Below the pieces are notes generated by a model. That model worked only from the letters and a program-made list of their open reading frames with translations. It did not search any database and had not been told where the DNA came from. Shown piece by piece: positions 1 to 9,978 of a stretch of 32,572 nt of DNA; position 1 is the stretch's first letter, and each line of letters starts with the position of its first letter. The DNA comes from Chrysochromulina tobinii (Eukaryota): assembly GCA_001275005.1 (NCBI GenBank), contig JWZX01002444.1, forward strand, positions 1 to 32,572, given 5' to 3'. The translations under genes and the position numbers were made by a program.

Positions 1-2
1 AG

Positions 3-164
3 CGCTTTGTCTTGTTTGAGCCGACGCTCATCCTCGCAAACAAGGGGATTCCCATGCTATTCGCGAGCGCGTATTGCGCCACCTGCTGTGGCGAGACCAT
101 CGTCGAATCGCTTTCGCTGCTGTTTGCGATCCTTACCGAGCTCGCCAAATCGATGAGGAGCTGA
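3..164 (+). CDS. Possible 3' end of an upstream gene (partial, unknown product)
   Basis: The frame is open from the window edge to TGA at 162-164 (RFVLFEPTLILANKGIPMLFASAYCATCCGETIVESLSLLFAILTELAKSMRS*) with coding-like composition. No family recognised. Confidence 0.35.
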   Translation, partial: RFVLFEPTLILANKGIPMLFASAYCATCCGETIVESLSLLFAILTELAKSMRS

Positions 165-784
165 AAGAAAGCATGGGTCTAACTGAGCCGTCAGGAGGCG
201 GCCATTCCTAAGATGACAGAGGGCCACATAGAAGCTTATACAGGGCTTCAATGGTACAAAGCCCGCAAGCCCCACATGACGTGGCGCTGCTCGGGCATGC
301 AGGTTGCAGCAGCGTGCAGGAGCGGATGTTGGCATGCGCCACACGTGGGTTTGGGATAGATACACGAGGTGGTACGTGTGAAATATAGGGTGAACCCTAG
401 GCGACCCGACCCGAGCCCGAGCCGAAGTTTGAGTGTCATCGTGACACTCGGCCTTCTCCCTCGTCACGTTGGCACGTTTGGACGTTCAAGCATCAAGGAG
501 CCGGGTAGATCGTGTATGATTGTAGTAGACGAGACGCTTCGCTAGAAGTATACCGAATACCCGCTCCACCCCGTTTGTTCGCGCGTTTCGCGCCCCCGCG
601 CCCTGCTACCGTGTTGATGCGTGCGAGGTGTGCTGGATGAGTCCGAACCTGCCCTGTCGCGTGCAGTCCCCAAACCCACAACACTTGCCCGTGGCCCTCT
701 CGCCTCTCCCTCTCGCCTTTGCTGTAATCTGTATCGTTCACACCTCCTCAACGTGCACACCTCCTCCTCGGGTCCACGAGCCCC

Positions 785-2977
785 TCAACGCCCCCGGATC
801 GCCACGACAACGCCCATCAACGCAACCGCCGCGAGGCCGACGAGCGCCGCCACGGGCACCTGAGGGGGCCATCACACGCAACGTCAGGAAGGCGCGCCGT
901 CACGGGCACCCGGACAAGGCCGGCGGGTACGAGCGCCGTCACGGGCACCCGGACGAGGCCGGCGTGATGCGGGTTCGAGCGCCGTCGCGGGCACCTCGTA
1001 CGGGCTGGGTGAGCCTTTCTTCTGCCCTTCGAACGTGGCCGAGAAGTCGAGATCCGCGAGATTGCCCACACGCATCGCCGAGCGCATCGCCGCATCCGCG
1101 GTCGCGGCCACGGGCAAGCGAACGCCCACCTGGCGCGGCAACCAGAGGCGATCAGTGGCAATCAGCGCCCATCAGTGGTAATCAGCGCCTACTAAGCGCC
1201 CATCAGTGGTAATCAACGTCTATCAATCGCAATCAGCTCCTACTAAGCGCCCATCAGTTGCAATGAACGCCCATCAATCGCAATCAGTCGCAATCACCTG
1301 CCGCCCGAGGGCGCATGCGAGGCGCCTGATGAGGGACGCCATCAGTGGCAATCAGTGGCAATCACCTGCCGCCCGAGGGCGCATGCGAGGCGCATGTCCT
1401 TCTGCGCGTGTTTGAGGGGGAAGTTTGGCACGTGGTCGCCTGCGAACATCTCGGCGTCATTGAGCTCATTATGGCAATCGGCGCTCCTCAATCGCAATCA
1501 CGGTGGCAATCACCTGTGAGCATCTTGGCGCCCTTGAGCTCATTATGGCAATCGCAATCACGGTGGCAATCACCTGCGAGCATCTTGGCGCCCTTGAGCT
1601 TGAGGAGCGGCGCGCCGCATACGCCGAGCTCGAGCACCTGCAGCAGCAGCAATCAATGCCAATCAGCGCCGATTAGGGCCCATCATGGCAATCAATGGCA
1701 ATCAATGGCAATCAATGACAATCAGCGCCGATTAGGGCCCATCATCGGCCATCAATGGCAACCAATGGCAATCATCGGCCATCGTGCGCACACGCCGAGC
1801 TCTAATCAATAAATGGCAATGGCAATCAATGGCAATCACCGGCCATCGTGCGCACACGCCGAGCTCGAGCACCTGCAGCAGCTGAGACGCAATCCATCGC
1901 AATCAATCGCAATCAATTGCAATCAGTTGCTATCAGCGGTCATCACCTGCAGAAGCTGGGACGCGTCCAGACCAGCGGCCTGTGCGAGGCTGAAGCCCTC
2001 GCCGTACGCAGCCATCATCGAGCCCATGACCTGTGATGAGGGACGCCATCAGTGGCAATCAGGATGCCATCAGTGGCCATCATCGACGTCATGACCTGCC
2101 ATCACGAGGCCATCACGAGGCCATCACTCGGCGGTGGTCGGGGAGGCAATCAGTGGCAATCAGTGAGATCATTAGCAAGGCCATCGACGAGGTCATGCGA
2201 GATCTGTCGTGCCAACCCGTGTCAATCCGTGCTAATCAGGGAGGTCATTAGGGAGGTCATTAGGGATCAATAGGGAGGTCATGCGAGATCTGCCGTGCCA
2301 ATCCATGCTTATCAGTCGCGAGAGCCCCCCTCCCATGTTCACGCAAAGCTTCATGCAATCCATGCCTATCAGTGCCCATAAGTGGCAATCCGTGCCAGTC
2401 GAGAGAGCCCCCCCCTCACCATGTTCACGCAGAGCTTCATGCGGGTGCCTGCGCCCACCGCGCCAAAGAAGAATTTGGCCTTGCCCATCGCGTCGAGCTC
2501 CTTGGCGCACTTGGCATAGAGAGCCTCGTCGCCGCCGCAGAGGAAGATGAGCTGCCCCTGCGCGGCAGGGCCCTTGGAGCCCGAGACGGGCGCCTCGAGG
2601 AACTGGCCGCCCTTGGCGATCACCTGCGTTGAGAGTCTCTGCATGTCTTCAACAGCGAGCGTCGCGCAGTCGACGACGCATTTGCCGGCGACGACGCCGT
2701 CGAGGATGCCGCCCTCCATCTCGTACACTTCCTTGCAGGCCTCGGGCGTCGAGAGCATGACGTACGTGATCTCGCACGCCGCGATCACCTCGGCAGGCGT
2801 CTCTGCCACCGTGATGTGGTCTGCACCCGCATCCATAAGCAACTTCTCCGGCTTTGCGGGCGTCCGATTCCAGATCACGAGCTTGCGCTTGCCCGTGCCG
2901 ATGAGCTGCCGTGCCATGCCGTCGCCCATGATCCCCAAGCCGATGAAGCCGATGGGTTCGGGGGCGACTGCCGACAT
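785..2977 (-). CDS. GLYR: Glyoxylate/succinic semialdehyde reductase (beta-hydroxyacid dehydrogenase family), 6 exons, about 329 aa, with C-terminal hydrophobic tail
   Basis: Exons 2420-2977, 1947-2030, 1574-1637, 1366-1439, 995-1129 and 785-859 are joined by GT-AG introns that keep frame. Motifs: GFIGLGIMG Rossmann fold, WNRT, EAPVSGSKGPA, KLCVNMVMGSMMAAYGEG, FPLKHAQKD, DLDFSA. The last exon is less certain; without intron 5 the ORF stops at 884. Confidence 0.88.
1130..2419 (-). repeat. GLYR introns 1-4 (2031-2419, 1638-1946, 1440-1573, 1130-1365) filled with degenerate TGATTGC/TGATGGC repeats and exon-end copies
   Basis: Many GCAATCA/GCCATCA units on the + strand, interrupted by the short exons. 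Confidence 0.9.
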
Positions 2978-3343
2978 GGCTGCGTTTCGTGTTTTGACTC
3001 CTTGGATGTGAACGTTAACACGACAGACGCGACAGCCGGTGAAGTGTGAACGCGCTGTCTTGCGCTTTGTACGTGGACTAAAGGTACGTGCGGACCATCG
3101 AAAAATGAATATTTGAGGGGCTCAGCACGTAAGCCTACCAAGGAGGAATTGTTGTGGATGAAAGGAATCATCAAGGATGTAATCAATCGAATAGGTAAAT
3201 TCTCCCACAACGCGCACAAGCACTGCCTCTGGCTCTGTCTCCAAGCGCGCGCATTCAAGCCAGGCTCGTCCCTCAACTTACGGGTTATCCAGCACGTGAG
3301 GGACCACGGGACAGCGTGACTCTCCCTGGGACCACTCTCACTC

Positions 3344-5304
3344 TCACGACAGATGCTTCAGGTATTTGAGGTTCTTTTGCAGCAGCTCGTTCATGGCCGC
3401 GATGTTGTGCTCGAACTTCGCGTCCATCTCGCCCAGCTTCCGATCCAAGTCATCGAGTTGCTTCTCCACACGGGTACGGGTATCGAGCATCTCCTGCGAC
3501 CCGATGGGCCATCATAGGCAATCAGAGGGGCCTTCCGTCGCAATCAAAGGGGCGATCCTTGGGGCAATCAGACGCAATCAGATGCAATCAGAGGGGCGAT
3601 CCTTGGGGCAATCAGACGCAATCAGATGCAATCAGACGCAATCAGATGCAATCAGAGGGGCGATCCTTGGGGCAATCAGACGCAATCAGACGCAATCAGA
3701 GGGGCGATCCTTGGGGCAATCAGACGCAATCAGATGCAATCAGAAGCAATCAGAGGGGCGATCCTTGGGGCAATCAGACGCAATCAGACGCAATCAGACG
3801 CAATCAGATGCAATCAGAGGGGCGATCCTTGGGGCAATCAGACGCAATCAGACGCAATCAGACGCAATCAGACGCAATCAGAGGGGCGATCCTTGGGGCA
3901 ATCCGTGGCAATCAGAGGGAACAGAAGCATCAGCAACTCTCATCATCAACAGTTCATCAGCAGCTCATCAGCTCATCATCAGCAGCACACGCGCCTGGAA
4001 CAGCATGTGGAGCAGGTCATTCGGCTTCATCAACTCCTTCCGCACGCCTCGGAACCTACGCATGGTTCGGCAGAAGCGCCCATCGGAGTGTAACAGCTCA
4101 TTGCCCAGCAGCGCCGACGACTGTGAAGACGACTGTGAACGCTGCAGCCGCTCGAGGTATGACGCCCACGCCGCTTGGATGTAGAAGGCGGCGCACTGCT
4201 TCAACCTCGCATTCGATTCGGACACGGCGATCAGGTTGTTCACGCGGATCTCGGCGTTGCTCAGCTCCATCTCGCGGATGGTCGTCATCACCAGCAGCGC
4301 TGCCATCAACGCACCCCAGCCATCAGTGCCATCATTATCGCTATAATCATCATTAGTGCCATCATTAGTGCCAATCATTAGCGACAATCACCTGCCATCA
4401 GTGCACCCCAGCCACATGCCATTGTGGAGACGAACCGCCCTAAGCCCGTCTGCGGGTAAAAGTCGCCATAGCCAAGGCCTGTCATGGAGACCAGCGCCAG
4501 CCAGAAGTCATTAAGGTAATGGTCGAGGCCCTTGTCGACACGCCGCTCGGCGACCTGTGATGAGGGACGCCATCAGTGGCACTCAGGTGCCATCAATGGC
4601 CCTCAGTGGCCCTCGGTGGCACTCACCTGCAGCGTGAACCCGAAGCAGAGCAACAGCAGCGCCGTGGTGCCTCCGAGGAGGCGGAAGGGGTAGCGCTGGT
4701 ACATGACGCGTATAGAGAGCCACGTGGTGAGGGGCATGTGGTTGATGTTGGCGTACGCGCGCGCCGACTTGGCCGTCAGCCCCGCCAGGTAGGGCATGTA
4801 GTGCACAATCAGCGCGAGCCGCGCGAACATCATGCCCACCGTAAGCAGCTCGTCGGTGGCGAGCGTGGTGGGCAAGGTGCTTCCGCGACGCAGGTCGTAA
4901 TAGGAGACAGTGATCTCGACGTTGAAAAAGGGGACCGGGTGAATGAGGCACAGCAGCGCCTCGGGCAGCATGCTCCACTCGCTCAGCGACACGAAGATTC
5001 CCGACGAGAGCAGCGTATCCTGTGGAAGCAGCGCGTTCGTCGCCTTGAGCAACACAAACTTGCGCCGGTAGTAGATGAGCAGGAAGGCGAGCAGCCAGAG
5101 GGTCGAGAAGGACACGAGCAGTTTCAGCACGTCACACGTTGCGTCCGACTCGCCCCCATGCGCCCAGAGCCAGTAGACCTCGGCGATGGCGAAGCCGACG
5201 CCGAGAGCTGCTGCGATGAGGACCACGGTGAAGTTGCGTTTGAGCCTGAGCTCGATCTGCCGTAGACCACCGTAGCTCGCGGAATAGCTTGAAGCCTTGT
5301 TCAT
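3344..5304 (-). CDS. Small-conductance Ca2+-activated K+ channel-like protein (SK/KCNN-like), 4 exons, about 431 aa
   Basis: Exons 4627-5304, 4392-4554, 3995-4299 and 3344-3493. It has several TM helices, EALLCLIHPVP, a weakly charged S4, a pore region FWLALVSMTGLGYGDFYPQTGLGR, a calmodulin-binding-like segment (ELSNAEIRV...AAFYIQAAW) and a C-terminal coiled coil. The start codon and intron 3 donor are approximate. Confidence 0.82.
3538..3918. repeat. Higher-order intronic minisatellite in K+ channel intron 3
   Basis: Seven GGGGCGATCCTTGGG blocks separated by 3-5 GCAATCAGA(C/T) units. Confidence 0.95.
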
Positions 5305-5518
5305 GCCTGTTCGCACCAATAGCAGGTGACTCAAAGGCCTCCGGGTGCGGCTCTGAGGGGCGGCGGCAGCGGCTCCCGCTCCTGGGCCGCCTATCCAGAC
5401 GCGCTTGCCACCACAGCGGCCAAACTTTCTCGATTTGGGAGTGGGTGTTCCGATTGATTTGATTGTCCTGACGTCAACACAACGCTCATTCGCTCACGTC
5501 GCTCTGGCCTACATGTAC

Positions 5519-7676
5519 TCACTTGTCGACGCCCGTGCCGTTGATGTACGCGAGCAGGGCATCGGCGCACGCGTCCTTCAGATTGCATGCAGGCGCGCGC
5601 GCGTAGCTCTTGCCATGCACACGCCACAGGCGCTCGAAGAGAGACGCGTTCGTCGCCGCGGCCGCCGCGACACCCTCCCAGCTCAGCGGCGACAGGTCGG
5701 CCATCCCAAAGTCTACCGGCAGCTCATATTCGCGCGCGTACAGCGCAGCGCCCGCGGCGTTCGCAGCCGCAATGTCGGCGACGTACGTCGTCGACGCGGT
5801 GGGCGCCCATGACGACGCGTCGAGGGCCCACAGGCGCAGCGCGCTATTGGCCGGTGGGTACGATTCCACAACGGCCGGGACGGAGTGGAGCATGAACAGT
5901 GGCGAGCCGCCGCTGCCGCCCGGCCCGTCTTCGGTGCATGCGCCCGGCACGGCGCTCGCACGGGCCACACACACGGCGGGGCTGGCCGGGTCGGGCGGCA
6001 TGTTGGCGACGCTCGTGCGGAAGCAGCACTGCGCGCCCGTCGTCCCTTCGACCGGGTAGAAAGTGAAGCCGGCACACGACGCCTGGGCGCCACACACGCC
6101 TTCACACAGCGACAGCGTCGCATTCTCATCGAGGGGGGGGGGCGTGAGTGGGCACCACGCGTCGCCGCCCGCGAGCCCCTGTGATGAGGAGGCAATCGGA
6201 GGCAATTAGGGAGGCAATCAGGGGTCATTAGGGAGCTACTCAGGAGCACAATCACATGCAATCAAGGGTCAGTCGGGGGTTGCTCAGGAGCACAATCACC
6301 TCGCCAAACACATCTCCGACGTCGAGGTTGCCGCCGCTGCACCACTTGACAGCGCGAGTGATGCGCCACTGGATGGGCGCAGAGCCATTCGGCGCCGTCG
6401 CGGGCGTACACGAGCGCACGATGGCGGCCTCATCAACATGCACGTGCCCGAAGAAGCCAGCGCGCACCTGCATGCAATGAGTGAGGCCATCAGTGGCAAT
6501 CAGTGGCAATCAGTGGCCATCGAAAGGCCAGCGAGGTGGACGTGTCTGAGGGGCCTGCGCGTACGACGTTTGGGAAGCGCAATCAGAGGGCAATCAGAAC
6601 GCAATCAGAACAGAGCGCAATCAGAACGCAATCAGTGGCAATCAGAGCGTACGACGTTTGGGAAGCGCGTCACGAGCGCCCGGAAACGTGAGAAGAGGCC
6701 AGGTACCCAAGCGCCATGTGGCGGGATGTGGCCGAGTAACACGACTGCGTCGCCCGCGGCGCTCGCCTCCGTGAGCACGCTCTCGAACCACTCGAACTGC
6801 TTCTCACCCGCGATCGAGGCCGCCGACGACGCATTCTTCAGGAGTGGGTTGACGGTCGACCAGTACAAGGTATTGAGGCCAACGACCTTCAGTGGGGAGA
6901 TGAGGGCGCTGTGGTGAGCACTTGCATGCAGAGGGCACGGAGCAGGGTATTGAGGCCAACGACCTTCAGGCCGGGCTCCGGCGAGGTCGCGTAGTAGCCT
7001 CCGGTGCGTAACGTCTCGATCGCCGCCACGTCGGCCGCGAACGTCGCTCCAAAGAGCTCAACGAGTGCGTCGTACAGCCACGCCTGAGTGGGGCCCGCGT
7101 CGACGACGTCATCAATGGTCATCAGAGGTCATCAGAGGTCATCAGAGGTCATCAGCATGCCTGAGCGGGACCTGCGTCGACCACGTCGCCGGGTACGGTG
7201 TCGTGGTTGGCCACGACGCTGAAGACGGCCGCGCTCGGGAATGCCGCCCGCAAGCTGCTCATGCTGCGGTTCACGAGGCTCAGGACCTGCGCTTGCGCCG
7301 GGCTGCTCGAGCTGCACGCCGCTGCTGCGCCAGCCTCGGAAAAGTCCCCTGTGTGAAACACTAAGCGCACGCCAGGCGCTGTGGACGCCATGAACTCGAC
7401 GGCCGCGCTCCAAAGCGCGACGGGCGTCGCACAATTGTCCTGCGGCTCGCCGAACGGCCCTGCGCCGCCCGTCACCCTGGGCACACACGCGGCGGGCATC
7501 CGAGCGCACGCGGCGTGGCTTTCGCAATAGCACCCGGCGCCCAGCGGGATGCCCTCCTCGTAATAAGGGTCTAAGTGCGAGTCCGTGACGTGCCACGCGA
7601 GCACCGGCGCATCCGGCGCGGCCACAGCGAATGCCGCCGCTGCCAAAAGCGTCGCCATCGACAGGTTCTGTTTCAT
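5519..7676 (-). CDS. Secreted acid sphingomyelinase-like (SMPD1/SMPDL3 family) metallophosphoesterase with inserted PAN/Apple-like module, 5 exons, about 565 aa
   Basis: Exons 7161-7676, 6964-7083, 6653-6886, 6300-6467 and 5519-6178. It has a signal peptide and the metallophosphoesterase motifs DSHLD, TGDF, ANHD, GGYY, GLNT, QFEW, GHIPP and GHVH. The C-terminus resembles acid sphingomyelinase (EYELPVDFGMADLSPLSW). Confidence 0.82.
6869..6969. repeat. Perfect 24-nt direct repeat spanning both ends of a 77-nt intron
   Basis: GGTATTGAGGCCAACGACCTTCAG at 6869-6892 and 6946-6969. Confidence 0.97.
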
Positions 7677-7878
7677 GCCTTCAACACTTTCGCTTCGTCA
7701 CTCGACTTCGGACCCGCAAACGCCGACGGCGAAAAGCTGTGAACGAGCTGGAACATGTACGATTGCGTTTGTTTGGATTCGGTTGGACCAGTCTAATGTG
7801 TGACGACTCTTTTTGGAGGAAATTTTCCCACGAACTTTCCCACGCTTCCATTCACGACGACGTGTCGGGCTGGCTCTC
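7677..7878. promoter_or_regulatory. Putative bidirectional promoter region
   Basis: About 200 bp of lower-GC sequence between the divergent start codons of the sphingomyelinase-like and pyruvate kinase genes. Positional evidence only. Confidence 0.4.
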
Positions 7879-9978
7879 ATGCTCCGCCTGCCGGCTCGCC
7901 TCGCGCGCACGCAGCTGTCACGAGCCTCGCGGCAGCTAAGCACGGCCAGCTCCGCGCCGCTCACCAAGCTCGTCTCCACCATTGGTCCTGCCTCCGAGGA
8001 GGCCGAGCCGCTCGCTGGGTGCGTCGCGGCGGGCATGAACGTGATGCGAGTCAACTTCTCGCATGCGACGAAGGACGAGTTCCACCTGCGGCGCACCAAC
8101 CTGCGCGCTGCGCCCGGCGGCGAGTACGTTGCCGTCATGCTCGACACCAAGGGGCCGGAGATCCGCATGGGCGGCCTCAAGGTCTGCAAGGAGACGGGCA
8201 ACCGCAAGGCGAAGATGAAGCTCACCACGGGCCAGACGCTCACCCTGACGAACGACAAGGCGTTCGACGGCGCGGGCGACGAGCGGACGATCTACGTGGA
8301 CTACCCGCGCCTCGCGGAGGTCGTCGAGCCTGGCACCACCGTGCTGCTCGACGACGGGCTCATCTCGCTCGAGGTGGTGAGCGCCGCCGACGGCAAGGTG
8401 ACGACGACGGTGCTCAACAGCAGCGAGATCGGCGAGCGCAAGGGTGTGAACATCCCGGGCGTGGTGACCGGGCTGCCCGCCATGTCCGACAAGGACCTCG
8501 AGGACATCAGCTTCGGCATCGAGCACGACATCGACATGGTCGCCGCTTCGTTTGTTCGCAACGCGGCGGGCGTGCACCAGATTCGCGAGCATATCCTCAA
8601 GTGCCACGAGAAGTACGCGGCGAACGGTGGGATGGACACGCCTCCCCCGATGATCATCTCGAAGATCGAGTCGACCGAGGCTCTCGACAACCTCGCTGAG
8701 ATCATCGAGGCGAGCGATGGCATCATGGTGGCTCGCGGCGACCTCGGGGTCGAGGTACCCCTCGAGAAGGTGACGTCCGACCACAAACATGGAGTTTGAG
8801 TGCTTCGAAGTGCTTCGGATGAGCTCTGATTGCCTCGCCTCATCAGGTCGTGACGTGGCTCTGATTGCCTCGCCTCATCAGGTCGTGACGTGGCAGAAGG
8901 ACATCGTCGCGATGACCTTGGCCGCCGGCAAGCCGGTCGTCGTCGCGACTCAGATGCTCGAGACGATGCAAAAGAACCCGCGCCCTACCCGCGCGGAGGT
9001 AGCCGATGTAACGAATGCGGTGCTCGACGGCGCGGATGCCGTGATGCTCTCGGGCGAGTCGGCCAACGGACTGTACCCGACCGAGTCCGTCGCCATGCAG
9101 GTGATTGCAATTGATTGACGCTGATGCCCACCTTGATTGCCACTTGATGGCCCCCTTGATGACACCTTGATGGCCACCTTGATTGCCACTTGATGGCCCC
9201 CTTGATGACCCCCTTGATGGCCACCTTGATTGCCACTTGATGGCCCCCTTGATGACACCTTGATGGCCACCTTGATTGCCACTTGATGGCCCCCTTGATG
9301 ACACCTTGATGGCCACCTTGATTGCCACTTGATGGCCCCCTTGATGGCCATCTGAGTGCGCACGTGCATTGCATGCAGGCACGCATCGTGGCGGAGGCCG
9401 AGGCTTGGGCGAGTGCCCGTGGGCTCGCCCCAGGAGGCGTCGAGCCTCAGCTCGCGCCCGTATCTCGCTCGATCTCGGCGACCGAGTCGGACTTTGATGA
9501 GGACCAGGAGGAGGAGGAGATGTACCGTCGCGAGCTGACCATTCCGGATAGCATGAGCGCCGCCGCGTGCTTCCTCGCCGCGCGCGTCGGGGCACGTGCG
9601 ATCGTCGTCTTTGAAGACGGATGGGGCGAGACTGCTCGTAACGTCTCCAAGTTTCGTCCGACGGTGCCCATCGCGGCGCTTTGCGACTCTCTCAAGGTGT
9701 GCCGCCAGCTCTCGATCTCGCGTGGCGTCGTGCCGTTACTCGTCGAGCCGCAGCCCGAGATCGCGGGAGATCAGCCCGAGGGCGAAGACGAGTTCCGTAA
9801 CGACATGTTCTCGCTCGACACACTGGATGCCTCCGATGCCTGCTCGCTGGTCGCGGAGCGCACCGGGCTGCTCGAGCCAGGCGACCTCGCGATCGTGCTC
9901 GTCGGGGAGACTATCAGCGTTGAGGTCGTCATGGAGCCGATGGAGTGGGAGGGCGACGAGGCCGAGAGAAAGCCCTGA
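7879..9978 (+). CDS. PYK: Pyruvate kinase with predicted mitochondrial presequence, 3 exons, about 569 aa
   Basis: Exons 7879-8769, 8882-9100 and 9379-9978. Motifs: TKLVSTIGPAS, RVNFSH, LDTKGPEIR, SKIES, IMVARGDLGVE, ATQMLETM, PRPTRAE, DAVMLSGES, SKFRP. Confidence 0.95.
9126..9351. repeat. Intronic minisatellite in pyruvate kinase intron 2
   Basis: About 46-nt unit CCACCTTGATTGCCACTTGATGGCCCCCTTGATGACACCTTGATGG, repeated about 5 times and built from TTGAT-core subunits. Confidence 0.95.

Noticed and set aside
3538..3918. CRISPR-like regularly spaced repeat
   Set aside because: The intervals are copies of one 10-mer rather than unique spacers. The array lies in a eukaryotic intron and no cas genes are present.
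3366..4356. Plus-strand ORFs with repetitive translations (also 1345-1812 and minus-strand 8843-9595)
   Set aside because: These are antisense read-throughs of intronic minisatellites that lack stop codons on that strand.
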